Positions 18,520 through 29,800 of a stretch of DNA of 64,000 nucleotides are shown in pieces (within the stretch, counting starts at the first letter, position 1; every line of letters begins with the position of its first letter). The DNA is from a bacterium (lineage in GTDB: Bacteria > Electryoneota > Electryoneia > Electryoneales > Electryoneaceae), in NCBI GenBank assembly GCA_963675295.2, contig CAXXKJ010000002.1:352001-416000 (forward strand), in the 5' to 3' direction. The notes under the pieces were generated by a model that did no database searches, was not told where the DNA came from, and saw only the letters and a program-made list of their open reading frames with translations. The position numbers were made by a program, and so were the translations under genes.

Positions 18520-21500
18520 ATGAAACGACCTGTGCTGGCACTGCTTTGTGTAACGCTCTTGCTGGTCGCGGGCATTGGGATGTCGCATGCCGCCAAGCCC
18601 ATGTCCATCGCAATTCCGCATCAGGCAGAGTTGCAACCCACCTTTGAAGCGGTGGATTCCACACCGGGACGCACCGCCTTGCGGTGGTCCGGGACGGAAT
18701 TGAACATTGTGGCGGATGAAGACGGCAACCTGCAGTACCTGGTGCCGGGATCGCGTGCGGTTTCGACGGAAGACACATACCCGGTGCATGGCGGCTTGGT
18801 GGCATTGCCGTGGGGCGTCGAGGGTCAGCTTCGTGTTCGCGCTGGCACCTTCTACCGTCTTGACGATCAGGGCAATCTCGTCGAAGATGCGACGATGCAC
18901 ACCGCCGGTGTCTACGAAGAGGATTTTGTCGAGATCGGCAGCGCGGCGGTGTTCCGTGACCTGATGGTTGCGCCGGTTACCGTGCATCCTGTCCTCGAGG
19001 GTGTGGATGGATCCATCTGGGTAGCGTCGAACCTTGAGTTTGATGTTGTCCCCGGCGAGGTCATTACGGATGCTCCGGCGCGCCGTGACCGTCCGATGTC
19101 GCGTGCGTTCGCTCCGGTGTACGAAGACTTGCTGCTGAACGACATCGACGAGATGGGCGTGGAGTTGGCGGAAACCCGCGGATCGTACCTCATCATCTCC
19201 GCAGAGGTGTACCTGGCGCCATTTTACACCAACGGATTCATCGAGTGGAAGGAAGCCAAGGGCTACAACGTCGTGGTGGAATCCTTCGACCACACCCAGG
19301 GTCCGATCAGCCTCAGCGAACTCAGCGACATCATCGAAAATGCGTACGACACGCTCGATCCGCCGCTGGAATATGTGTTGCTCGTGGGTGACGAAAACCG
19401 TGGTGGCGACGCGGCGATTCCCGCGAACCGTATCAGCCACCCGAATCCGAACTATCCGACCGAGAACGACGTAACCGACTGGCCGTTGACCTTTATCGAT
19501 GGTAACGACTATCTGCCGGAGGTGTTCATTGGCCGGTTCACGGTCGGTGATGTTCAGGGTGTCGTTGGATTGACCGGCCGTTCGGTGAATTACGAAAAGA
19601 ACGGGTACGACATTCCGATCGACGATCCGTACTGGCGCAGCGCGGCACTCGTCGCGGCCAACTACAACGAGGGTGGCGGCACGCCGTTGACCCCGATCGC
19701 GATTACCGATTGGCTGTCCGAGCACATGCTGGAAGATTGGGGCTTCCTCAACACGTACAAGCTTTACTACGAAGCCGGTGGCAACAATTCCAGCGCGGAT
19801 GATATTTCCACCGCGATCAGAAGTGGTGTTTCCTGGGTGACCTATCGTGGCTGGGGTGACGCTCTCGGCTGGGTGCACCCGGAATACCGGGTTGCGGACG
19901 TGGAAGGGTTGGAAAACTACTTCAAGCTGCCGGTTCTGACCTCGTTTGTCTGCAACACCGGTGACTTCGGCAATGGTGCGAACGCCAATCGTTGCTTCTC
20001 TGAGGTCTGGATCAACGCGGGTTCCGCGAATGAACCGACCGGTGCGGTTGCTGCCGTGGCCCCGTCCGACCTGCACACGTACACCCGATACAACAACGCG
20101 ATGATCGCCGGATTCTTCTGGGGTGCGTACGAAGAAAATCTGCACAGCCTGTCGCAGATGGTGCTGCGCGCGAAGAACGAGATTTACCTCGGCTTCCCGA
20201 ACAACCGCGGCTATGGCGATTACGTGGAATTCTACTTCCATGTCTACCACATCCTCGGCGACCCGGAACTCGATGTCTGGAAGCATCGTCCGCGCGAATT
20301 TGACGTCACCATGCCGACCGAAGTCGCACTCGGCCAGGGTCACGTGGACTTCGTTGTGGACGGCCCGTGGGGACCGCGTGGAAACGCGCATGTGCAGCTG
20401 AAGCAGGGTAACAATCTGTCGGTCGGCCGCTTCACGAACTCCAGCGGGATGTTGTCGTTGCCGATCACGGATGCGGAGGCTGGTGAAATCGAAGTAACCA
20501 TCACCGCGCCAAACTACATCCCGTACGAAACGACGATCGCTGTCACCCAGGAAGCCAATTCTGTCGGTTTGCAGGAATGGTCGGTGGACGCTGGTGCGGA
20601 CGGGCTTGTCACCCGCCGCGAGGATATCGACCTGACCGTGACGCTTTGGAACGGCGGCACACAGTCCGCGTCGAACGTTTCCGCGACACTGTCCTTCCCG
20701 GATGACGAACTGGTGACGATCATGGACGGCGAGTCGTCCTTCGGCACCATCGCGGCGGGCGGCACGGCGGATAACGCCGGCGATCCGTTCAGCTTCCGGC
20801 TCGAGGACTACGTCTACGAGAACATGTTGCTCGAGTTCAACGTAGAGATCACCAGCGGTTCTGACACCTGGCAGGGCAAGTTGTGGGTTGAAACCGGCCA
20901 CGAAGTGCTGCGTTACGTCGGCTATGAAAATGTCGGCGGCAACGCCTTCGAGCCAGGCGAAACAGCTTCCCTGCGGTTCAAGTTCGCCAACCATGGCTCA
21001 GTCGCGGCGCAGGACATTGATGCGACCCTGTCGTCCTTCGACGCCAGCATCACAGACATCAGCGGCAGCGCGAACGGCCTGAACTTTGGCGTTGGCGATG
21101 AAGTCTGGATCGGCCCGTTCGACGTCACCGTGACGGATGACACCTGGCGTGGACGTCCGGTCAGCTTGCGCATGTCCTTCGTGAACGGCGCGGATTCGTA
21201 CGGCACCGTGTACTTCACCGTCCCGCTGGAAGGCGCGCAGACCACCGATCCGTTCGGTCCGGACGGCTACGGCTACTATGCGTACGACAACACCGACACC
21301 AGCTGGCCGCACGCGCCGACCTACACCTGGTTCAACCTTGACGAAGACCCGCAGGTCACCGAACACTTCGAGATGATCGATGATGACATCGATTACATCA
21401 ACCTGCCGTTCGACGTCCAGTACTACGGCGAGGTCTACCCGGCGGGCAGCACGTTGACGATCAGTTCGAACGGCTGGGTGTCCTTCTTCGAGGAGAAGCA

Positions 21501-22260
21501 GTACACGGTCAACTTCTTCCGTAACTGGCAGCTTCCGACACCGATCGGTCCGCACGCCATGATCGCGCCATTCTGGGACGATATTGGTCCGTTCCAGGTC
21601 AACACGATGAACGTGTACTACAAGTTCGATGACGATAACGACCGTATAATCATCGAATGGACCGACGCGGCCAACCGTCGCTTCCCGAACGATGAATTCC
21701 CGGCACACTTCGCGCTGGTGATCTACAGTCCGGATGCGATGCAGACGCAGACCGGCGACAGCGTCATTGAGGTGTACTACGAAGATGTCGAGAACATTGA
21801 TGATCTGAGTAACTTCTGCACCGTCGGCCTGATGAAGCCGGACCGTACAACCGCCTTGCAGTACACCTACGCATCGTTGTATCCGGCCGCTGCGGCACCG
21901 CTCGAAGCTGGCCGCGCGATCCGTTTCACCACCATGCCGCCGGACAACCTGAGCGAGCTGGGTGATGCGACGGGGGACGCTTCGATGCCGGACGATTTCG
22001 TCCTGTATCCGGTGCAGCCGAACCCGTTCAACTCCAGCACGGTCATCAGTTTTGACTTGCCGGAAAGCGGCGAAGTACAGCTCAGCATCTACAACCTGCT
22101 CGGCCAGGAACTGGTGCGGTTGGTTGACCGTCCGATGACCGCCGGCCACAAGGAAGTGGTGTGGCAGGTGAATGACCGCAGCATCTCGTCCGGCATGCTC
22201 CTGATTCGCCTCAATGCGAACAATCACGAGCAGTGGGGCAAGATGATGTACCTGAAGTAG
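18520..22260 (+). CDS. C25 (gingipain-family) peptidase-like secreted protein with T9SS-like CTD
   Basis: AGGAG RBS; signal peptide; YVLLVGD, PEVFIGR, FVCNTG, ILGDP; CTD PNPFNSST...KMMYLK. Confidence 0.88.
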   Translation: MKRPVLALLCVTLLLVAGIGMSHAAKPMSIAIPHQAELQPTFEAVDSTPGRTALRWSGTELNIVADEDGNLQYLVPGSRAVSTEDTYPVHGGLVALPWGVEGQLRVRAGTFYRLDDQGNLVEDATMHTAGVYEEDFVEIGSAAVFRDLMVAPVTVHPVLEGVDGSIWVASNLEFDVVPGEVITDAPARRDRPMSRAFAPVYEDLLLNDIDEMGVELAETRGSYLIISAEVYLAPFYTNGFIEWKEAKGYNVVVESFDHTQGPISLSELSDIIENAYDTLDPPLEYVLLVGDENRGGDAAIPANRISHPNPNYPTENDVTDWPLTFIDGNDYLPEVFIGRFTVGDVQGVVGLTGRSVNYEKNGYDIPIDDPYWRSAALVAANYNEGGGTPLTPIAITDWLSEHMLEDWGFLNTYKLYYEAGGNNSSADDISTAIRSGVSWVTYRGWGDALGWVHPEYRVADVEGLENYFKLPVLTSFVCNTGDFGNGANANRCFSEVWINAGSANEPTGAVAAVAPSDLHTYTRYNNAMIAGFFWGAYEENLHSLSQMVLRAKNEIYLGFPNNRGYGDYVEFYFHVYHILGDPELDVWKHRPREFDVTMPTEVALGQGHVDFVVDGPWGPRGNAHVQLKQGNNLSVGRFTNSSGMLSLPITDAEAGEIEVTITAPNYIPYETTIAVTQEANSVGLQEWSVDAGADGLVTRREDIDLTVTLWNGGTQSASNVSATLSFPDDELVTIMDGESSFGTIAAGGTADNAGDPFSFRLEDYVYENMLLEFNVEITSGSDTWQGKLWVETGHEVLRYVGYENVGGNAFEPGETASLRFKFANHGSVAAQDIDATLSSFDASITDISGSANGLNFGVGDEVWIGPFDVTVTDDTWRGRPVSLRMSFVNGADSYGTVYFTVPLEGAQTTDPFGPDGYGYYAYDNTDTSWPHAPTYTWFNLDEDPQVTEHFEMIDDDIDYINLPFDVQYYGEVYPAGSTLTISSNGWVSFFEEKQYTVNFFRNWQLPTPIGPHAMIAPFWDDIGPFQVNTMNVYYKFDDDNDRIIIEWTDAANRRFPNDEFPAHFALVIYSPDAMQTQTGDSVIEVYYEDVENIDDLSNFCTVGLMKPDRTTALQYTYASLYPAAAAPLEAGRAIRFTTMPPDNLSELGDATGDASMPDDFVLYPVQPNPFNSSTVISFDLPESGEVQLSIYNLLGQELVRLVDRPMTAGHKEVVWQVNDRSISSGMLLIRLNANNHEQWGKMMYLK

Positions 22261-22345
22261 GTAGACGACGTACTCGGACGTGCTACGTTAAGTAGACGGA
22301 TGAGTACGATAGAGGTAGATGGTGGTTTACTCCATTTCAAACCCA

Positions 22346-22376
22346 GGCCCTGCCAGCAATTGGCAGGGTCTTTTTT
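22346..22376 (+). terminator. Intrinsic terminator of the C25 gene
   Basis: GGCCCTGCCA-GCAAT-TGGCAGGGTC followed by T6. Confidence 0.8.
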
Positions 22377-22433
22377 GCCGGGGCATATTGTATGTCCCGC
22401 ATCCTCTTAATCTTGTATCGCCTTTTCTTGGAC

Positions 22434-22770
22434 ATGCCCCAGACATTTATATCTGGGCTCATCCGCACCTGAATGAATTGTGCCCCTGATGGCTCCGCCA
22501 GCAGGGCTCCCACCCTCGAATCATCAGCGTCCGCAGGTTTTTTGACACGGGCACGTCCTTCAGTCTACATGCCCACGGCATTCACATCGTGGCTTGACCG
22601 TCCGCACCCAACCCGGTTGATCCACATGCCCTCGGGCTTCAGCCCGGGATTCACAGACAGTCAAGTCACCACCGCAGCCACGCCCTCGGACTTCAGTCCG
22701 GGGCCAACCGCGATACGAACCATCCAACCCGAGAGACGAGACACCAGAGACGTGAGACGAAAAAGGGACC
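22434..22770 (+). repeat. Cluster of 5 REP-like hairpins plus GAGAC-heptamer tract
   Basis: Units at 22434, 22480, 22569, 22626 and 22680; GAGAC tract at 22731-22760. Confidence 0.85.
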
Positions 22771-22823
22771 GCCACGTAAGAGTGACCGTCCCTGATACAC
22801 CAATCTTCCCGCAGCCCGTTCAA

Positions 22824-24617
22824 TCACCCCCCGTGCCCGCGTCCGGACGCTTCCGCGAAGGTTAGCCGCGTCTCGAATTCGTCGTTTCCACGCCGGTAGC
22901 GGATGGTCACTTCGTCGCCGGGTTCATACTTCCCCATGGCGTAGGTGAGGTCGTAGATGTTGTCGATCAGGATGTCGTCAATCGCGATCACGATGTCCAT
23001 CGCCTGCAACCCGGCGTCATCAGCCGGAGTCCCGGGACGCACCCCCTGCAACCGGAACCCGCTCAAACTGTCCGGCTGGGTGAAATCGGGGATGGTGCCC
23101 ATTGACACCCGCCGTTTCGTATGCCGTCCTTCCGCGTTGGGCTCTTCCGCCGCCTGGTACACCAGCTCGTCACGGCTGCCGGCGAACGTTTCCGCCAACG
23201 ACACCGAGTACTGCAGCACTCGCACCAGCCCATCCCCGTTGAGCTTGTCCACATCATCGTCCGGAGTGTGATAATCGCCGTGCAATGAGGTCAGGAAGTG
23301 CAGCACCGGCAGGCCGTGCGTGTAGAACGAGGTCTGGTCGGACGCGCCATATCCGCCGCCGGTCAACGCCAGCTCGACCGGAACATCCCGTCCTGCTTCG
23401 GTTGCCAGCTCACGCAGCCCATCCGCGCTTTCGACGCCGTAAACCGTCAGCGTGTTGTTCTGCATCCGTCCGACCATGTCGAAATTCACCATCAGGTTAG
23501 CCATGGCCAGCGACAACGGAGGGTTGTTCACGAAATAGCTGGAACCGACCAGCCCAGCTTCCTCGCCGGTGAACGCGACAAACAGAACCGTCGGTCCCGG
23601 TGGATCCAATGCCAGCACCCGCGCCAGCTCGAGCAACACCGACACTCCGGACGCGTTGTCATCAGCACCATTGTGGATCTCGTGCACACCGGGCACCCGC
23701 GTCCCACTCTGACCGTAGCCGAGGTGGTCGTAATGGGCACCGAAGATCAGCACACGATCATCCCCGGGAATCATTGCGCCCACGTTGCGCACCGGGATTT
23801 CGTTCCGCTGCAGCTCGACCGCGAGGGTCAACGTGTCATCGCCCAGCGTCTGGCTGCGCGGCGCCTGGTTCAGCTCCATCGACCGGAACAACTTGTCCAG
23901 TCCGAGCCGGGGAAACAGCTTTGCGGCGGCGGCTCGAGTGACAAACGCCACCGGAATCCCCGAGTCACGGTACGGTTCCTTCGCTCGCAATTCCGGCAAC
24001 GAGTCCGCCTCAGCGGGGGAGGGGATGATCAGCAGGCCCGCCGCACCGTGCATTTTGGCGTTGATTGCTTTTGTCCGCAACGTGGCGTGGTCGGTATCGT
24101 AGTCACCGGAAAACAAGGCGTCTGGATCGTCACGCCGGGGCTCGCCGGTGAACACGATCACGATTTTGTCCGTCGCGTCAAGGTCGCCGTAGTCGTCGTA
24201 CTCGTACTCGTCGGCGGTGATCCCATAGCCGGCAAAAACAACAGGTTTAACCGCAACCGCAGTTGTCGAGAAGCCGGCGGGACGGAACGAATCGCCGCTT
24301 ACGAGCGAATCGTTGGCGTTGGCGATGTACGTGTTCGGCAGGATGGTCGCGCCCCAGCCGACGGTAAAGGTCTGGCTGAAGGAGTCGTCGAATAACGGCT
24401 CCAGCCCGTCCTCGGCGAACCGATTCTCGATGTAGGCGGCGGACGCCTCCAGTCCGTCAGTACCGATCCCACGTCCCTCGCGGGCGTCGCTGGCGAGGTA
24501 GGCGATGTGCATCAGCAGCCGCGCCTCTTCGTCCCACGGCAGGTCTGGCGCGGCGTGCACGGGCAATGATGTGAGCAGCAGAATGGTGATAAGCAATGCA
24601 CTGTAGAAACGCATCAT
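22824..24617 (-). CDS. M28 family peptidase with PA and PDZ domains
   Basis: GAHYDHLG, GADDNASG, FTGEEAG, NFDMVG, SDQ, YHTPDD; C-terminal PDZ-like region; signal peptide. Confidence 0.92.
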   Translation of the reverse strand: MMRFYSALLITILLLTSLPVHAAPDLPWDEEARLLMHIAYLASDAREGRGIGTDGLEASAAYIENRFAEDGLEPLFDDSFSQTFTVGWGATILPNTYIANANDSLVSGDSFRPAGFSTTAVAVKPVVFAGYGITADEYEYDDYGDLDATDKIVIVFTGEPRRDDPDALFSGDYDTDHATLRTKAINAKMHGAAGLLIIPSPAEADSLPELRAKEPYRDSGIPVAFVTRAAAAKLFPRLGLDKLFRSMELNQAPRSQTLGDDTLTLAVELQRNEIPVRNVGAMIPGDDRVLIFGAHYDHLGYGQSGTRVPGVHEIHNGADDNASGVSVLLELARVLALDPPGPTVLFVAFTGEEAGLVGSSYFVNNPPLSLAMANLMVNFDMVGRMQNNTLTVYGVESADGLRELATEAGRDVPVELALTGGGYGASDQTSFYTHGLPVLHFLTSLHGDYHTPDDDVDKLNGDGLVRVLQYSVSLAETFAGSRDELVYQAAEEPNAEGRHTKRRVSMGTIPDFTQPDSLSGFRLQGVRPGTPADDAGLQAMDIVIAIDDILIDNIYDLTYAMGKYEPGDEVTIRYRRGNDEFETRLTFAEASGRGHGG

Positions 24618-24793
24618 CGTTTGGTATCCTGATGGTTGAACACGGATTGGGCTGCAACTTCGACGGGCAGCCGGACGTTGTGAACCGGTGATGAATATAC
24701 CGCAAGCAGGCGGGCGAGTGTCATGCGATTGTAAGGCGGGGTTGCATCTCCTGAACAATCCTGTTTCCTGTCGTTCCGTCATGCCAACGAGAC

Positions 24794-24970
24794 TTGCCCT
24801 CGGGCTTCAGCCCGGGATTCACCGGCGCTCAAGTCCCCACCGTACCCAGGCCCTCGGACTTCAGTCCGGGCTCGGCGTTCATCCTGAGTGCAGTGAAAAT
24901 CGCTCTATTTCTGATGACAGGTGTGAAGTACGTTGCTCACAGCTCACAGCTCACAGCTCACAGCTCACCA
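24794..24970 (+). repeat. Two family-F hairpins plus (GCTCACA)n heptamer microsatellite
   Basis: GCCCTCGGGCTTCAGCCCGGG and GCCCTCGGACTTCAGTCCGGG; GCTCACA x4-5 at 24935-24969. Confidence 0.85.
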
Positions 24971-24971
24971 C

Positions 24972-25790
24972 TCAAAACTGCCGTTTCCCCGGTTTCTGCG
25001 CCAACAGGAACCGCGCTGCCGCGGTGCCGTGCCACCCTTCCGATTTGTCCGGAAACAGGCCGGGGCTATCCGACCACAGCGACCACACCTGTTCGTACCG
25101 CGCGTCCCCGAGTTTCACCCGCAACGCCTGGATATGCGGCAAAACTTCCAGCGCCGCACGGAACTCCTGCAACGCCGAGAACGACCATTTCGCATACAGC
25201 AGCCGGCTGGTCAGGCGGGACGCATTCCCCATCAGCCACGGCAACGCGTCCTGCTCCCAGTTCGGTTTCACCCGTCCGGAGAGCACGTCACTGACCGCCC
25301 AGAACAGGGATGCCAACGGACCCTGCCCGGTCGGAACCGGTGGGAAGTAGAGACACGCCAGCCACCCGCCCGGCTTCAATGTCCGCCACAATGCCCGGAT
25401 CGTGGCAAATGGATCATCCACCAGGTGCAGCATGAACACGTTGAAACTGAGATCGATGTTGCTTACGGCCGGTTGTTGTGCATCTTCGATCAGGAAACGC
25501 GGCGGTTGGTCGAGCGTGGCGAGGGTGTCGTGAATGGTGGCGCTGGTAGCAGGCGTGATGTCACTTGTGACGAACGAGGATCCGGGGTAGTGGTTGCGCA
25601 GGTCTTCCAGTTCCAATCCGCTGCCGACCCCGGGGATGTGCAGCCAGATGTCCGCGCGAGCGAGCAGCGGCATCCGCTCCAGCGCTTGGGTCAGAAAGGG
25701 ACGGTTGAGTCCGGCCCACGCTTTGTCATAGGCCGCCCAGTCAACGGAACTTCGCCAGGTGGGGGGCGAGGTGGATGCTTCCCGGGCCAT
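24972..25790 (-). CDS. Class I SAM-dependent methyltransferase-like protein
   Basis: PGVGSG motif I, acidic residue in TSD, and LKPGG. Confidence 0.65.
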   Translation of the reverse strand: MAREASTSPPTWRSSVDWAAYDKAWAGLNRPFLTQALERMPLLARADIWLHIPGVGSGLELEDLRNHYPGSSFVTSDITPATSATIHDTLATLDQPPRFLIEDAQQPAVSNIDLSFNVFMLHLVDDPFATIRALWRTLKPGGWLACLYFPPVPTGQGPLASLFWAVSDVLSGRVKPNWEQDALPWLMGNASRLTSRLLYAKWSFSALQEFRAALEVLPHIQALRVKLGDARYEQVWSLWSDSPGLFPDKSEGWHGTAAARFLLAQKPGKRQF

Positions 25791-25805
25791 CGAGGGTCTC
25801 TTTCG

Positions 25806-26627
25806 CTAGAATTGACGCAGGCACCACTCCGTCATCGTCCGGATCAGAAACAGTTCCGAATCCGGGTCCTCCAGATCGTCTCCGAAGGTAGTCCCGTCGG
25901 TGGGGCTATCCTCTTCGATTTCTGGGTGGAAGGACAGCAGTGAGACACGTCCGAAGCCGAGTTCGTAATACACGCCGGCGGACGCGCTCACCTGCACATA
26001 GCGAGCGATTTCGCCATAGACCGGACTGTTGATCTGGAAATCCGGTCCGCCGCGATAGAGGCTGGAAATCGAGCCAACCAGTTCCGGGTCGAAACCAGTG
26101 TTCGTAATCGAGACCAGCGCCATCGAGTAGGCTTCATCCGGCGCGAGCGCGGTAATCGGGCCGCGCGCGGTGCCCTCGTACAGGCCGATCGGCGGCGAGC
26201 CAATGCTGCCAACTCCTTCGTAGACCAGCGAATCGGCGGCGAGGTAGGCACCGTTGCCGAGTCCGATGAAGCCACCGCCGGACGAGACCAGCTGCCGGAT
26301 TTTAGCGGTGCCGGTGAAGCTGAGCGCGCTGGCCATCTCGAGCGGGTTGCCACCGCCGATGATCACCACTGAGAACCCGTCAAGGCCGGATTGCGCGTCC
26401 GATTCGGTGATGAACTCGGTGTCGTAGCCAAGGGTGTCGAGCGCGGCGGCGACCGCCTGGGCGAAGTCGGGCCACGCGCCGGTGCCGTTGTAGATTGCGA
26501 TGGTGCCTTCCGGATCGACGATGCCGTCGTCGTTCTCGTCGCACGCTGTGAGCATCAATACACTCACCGCCAGCACCATCAGCAACAACAGGCTAGCCGT
26601 TTTCCGCAGCGTCATTTTATTCACCAC
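25806..26627 (-). CDS. Lipoprotein with BPL_N / class I glutamine amidotransferase-like domain
   Basis: Lipobox LTAC; IAIYNGTG, IIGGG, GGGFIGLGNGAY, FHPE. Confidence 0.7.
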   Translation of the reverse strand: MVNKMTLRKTASLLLLMVLAVSVLMLTACDENDDGIVDPEGTIAIYNGTGAWPDFAQAVAAALDTLGYDTEFITESDAQSGLDGFSVVIIGGGNPLEMASALSFTGTAKIRQLVSSGGGFIGLGNGAYLAADSLVYEGVGSIGSPPIGLYEGTARGPITALAPDEAYSMALVSITNTGFDPELVGSISSLYRGGPDFQINSPVYGEIARYVQVSASAGVYYELGFGRVSLLSFHPEIEEDSPTDGTTFGDDLEDPDSELFLIRTMTEWCLRQF

Positions 26628-26676
26628 AGCCCACCTGTATTTGTCTGATCCAACCGTATCCTCATCGGATTGTTAC

Positions 26677-26850
26677 GTGCCCCAGACATTCATGTCTGGG
26701 CTTATCCGCACCTGCCTGGAACGTGCCCCTGATGGCTCCGCCAGCAGGGTTTATCCACCCTCGGATCTCCCGCGTCCGCACGTTCTTTGACACGGGCACG
26801 GTCAACACGATGCCCGCGGGAGCTTCTGTATGCTACCGCGGTTGACCAAC
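26677..26850 (+). repeat. Cluster of 3 REP-like hairpins (B, A, E)
   Basis: Units at 26677, 26723 and 26810. The first ~125 bp parallels 22434-22556. Confidence 0.88.
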
Positions 26851-26882
26851 AAGCCAACGACCTTCCCGCTGTCCGCAGTCCT

Positions 26883-29800
26883 TCAATCCTCTTCCGCCAT
26901 CACCGCCGGTGCATCGAGCGGTAGATCCCGCAGCAGGTTCTGCGTCCGATCCCACCGTGCTTCCCAGTCGTCACAGTCGGCGAGATCAAGCCGCAAGCCC
27001 AACGGTCCGGACCCTTTCAGTTCCACCGGATAGTTCTGTGTGCTGGCGATCAGCACCGCGATCCGGCCCTGGAAGTCGCCCTTGCCCCAATCTTTGCGGA
27101 AGGTGATGAAGGCGACGGTCTCATGCAGATCCACCTTTTCCACGCCCACGCGTGCGCCGAGCACCTGGCTGCGGATGATGTGCAGCAGGGTAACCGCTTC
27201 CGGCGGCAGGGTGCCGTACCGGTCGCGCAGTTCGTCGGCCAGTGTTTCCACATCCACCGGCTCCTGCGCGCGGCTGATGCGACGGTAGAGGTCGACACGT
27301 TCCGGCGCGTCGGGGACGTAGTATGTCGGCAGCATCGCGTCGAGCGCGACATCGACCTTTACATCGCGCGCGTCCGCTGTCGGGATGGGCGTCTCCGGCA
27401 ATTCCGCGCCGGTTTCCTCGCCCAGTTCACGTACCGCCTTGGACAGCATCTGCGTGTACATCTCGAACCCGACCGCGTTAATATGTCCACTCTGTTCGGG
27501 GCCGAGCAGGTTCCCGGCGCCACGGATTTCCAGGTCACGCATGGCGATCTGGAAGCCGGACCCGAGCCGTGTGTGTTCGGCGATGGTTTCCAATCGGCGT
27601 TTCGACACGGTTTGCAGCAACGCGCGCGGCGGGGTCAGCAGGTAGGCGTACGCCTGCCGATGGCTGCGGCCAATCCGTCCACGCAACTGGTACAACTGCG
27701 CCAATCCGAACCGGTCGGCACGGTCGACAAGCAGCGTGTTCACATTCGGAATGTCCAGCCCGGACTCAATGATCATCGTGCAGATCAGCACGTGATACTT
27801 TTCATGCAGGAAGTCTTCCATCACCGTCGACAGTTCACCTTCCTTCATCTGGCCGTGTCCGACGGCGAACTTCAGGTGTGGCAGCAGCGATTCCAGCTTC
27901 GTCTTGGTGTTGAGGATGGTTTCGACGCGATTGTGGACGTAATACACCTGCCCGCCCCGCGCGACCTCACGCAAGATCGCTTCACGCACAATCCGGTCAT
28001 CCTGAGGCACAATCTCGGTTTCGATCGGGAGACGGTCCTGCGGCGGTGTCGAGATCATCGACATGTCGCGCGCGCCGGATAGCGCCATGTGCAATGTGCG
28101 CGGGATCGGAGTTGCTGACATTGACAGCACATCCACCGTCGCCCGTAACTTGCGGATTGCTTCTTTCGCCTTGACCCCGAACCGGTGTTCCTCGTCCACC
28201 ACCAGCAGGCCGAGATCCTTGAACTTGATATCCTTGGACAGCAGCCGGTGGGTGCCGATGACGAGGTCGACCTTCCCGTCCGCGAGGCCCTGCACCACCC
28301 GCTTGCGGTCTTTCGCGGAACGGAACCGGCTCAACACTTCGGTCTTCACCGGGTAGCGCCGCAACCGTTCGACGAAGGTCGCGTAATGCTGTTGCGCGAG
28401 GATCGTCGTCGGCACCAGCACCGCCACCTGTTTCGAGTCCTGCAACGCCTTGAACGCCGCCCGCACCGCAACTTCCGTCTTCCCGAAGCCGACGTCACCA
28501 ACCAGGAGACGGTCCATCGCGACCTGCTTTTCCATGTCGCGCTTGACTTCTTCGGCGGCAACCGCCTGGTCCGGCGTGTCCTCGAACTCGAACGCCGCTT
28601 CCATCTCACGTTGCCACGGCGTATCCTCCCGGAACGCGAACCCGCCGTGCAGCTGGCGTTTCGCGTAGATATCGAGGATTTCCCGCGCCAGTTCCTCGAC
28701 GGCTTTCTGCGTCTTGCTGCGCGACCGTTGCCATTCGCCCGACCCGATCTTCGACAGCTTCGGCTCTTCGCCCTCGGTGCCCTGGTAGCGCTGCAGTTTG
28801 GCGAACTGGTCGAGCCGGACATACACCTTGACCCCGTCCCGGTACTCGACCTGCAGTACTTCTTGTTCGTTCCCGCGCACCTTGATCTTCGTCGGCCCGA
28901 GGTAGCGTCCGATGCCAAACTCCTCGTGCACCACGAGGTCGCCCTGCTTCATATCCTCGAAGAAGGACGCGTCAAAGCTGCGGCGGCGTTTGCGGAACGG
29001 GGAGGTGCGCTTGTGCCGTCCGAAGATTTCGTGATCGGTCAGGACGGCGAGGTGTGCGTCCGGCCAGCCGAACCCGTTGTGCAACGGCGCGACGCCGAAC
29101 CGTACTGGCCCGCCGAGACCGCCACGATCTTCGAGCATTTCGGTGAGACGGTCCACCTGCCGCTCGTTGTCGCACATCACGTACGGCTGCACCCGATGAT
29201 CCGCCTGCGCTCGGAGATAGCCCGCCACACGGTCGAGGTCGCCGAGGAATGCTTCGTGCGTCACACCGCCGAGGTTGATCGCGCCTTCGGTGGGCGCCGC
29301 CAAACCGCGGTGCACGATCTTCGACCGCAGCGACAATCCGTCGAAGATGGCGTGGGGACGGTGATACAGCGTATCCGGTTCAGGCGTCTTACGGTCGAGT
29401 TCCAGCTCTTTCCGCTTCGCGTACTGGTATTCGATCTCTTCCCAGTGCTGGTCGAGTGCGGCACGCAGGGCGTCCTCGTCGTCAACCATCACCACCGTGT
29501 TACGCGGCACCAGCTGCCAGATCCCGGCGCGGCCTTTTTTCGCGCCACGTTCGCCGGCGTAGAAGCGGAGTTGCTCGACCTTGTCCAGCGAGCGTTGCGT
29601 CGCGGCGTCAAACTCGCGGATCTCGGTGATCTCGTCGCCCCACAGTTCGAGCCGGATTGGCGCGTCGGCGGACGGCGGGAACACATCGACCACCGAGCCA
29701 CGCACCGCGAATGCGCCCGGATCCTCGACCCGCACCTCACGCCGCATCCCGGCCTCGGTCAGGATCAGGGTTAACGCCTCCCGGTCGATTTCGTCGCCGA

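Noticed and set aside
18355-22227. Long antisense ORFs (879 aa and 409 aa) opposite the C25 gene
   Set aside because: Shadow frames of a GC-rich, codon-biased gene with no recognisable motifs. The same applies to 35716-37596, 28185-29774, 50732-52285 and 7137-8126.
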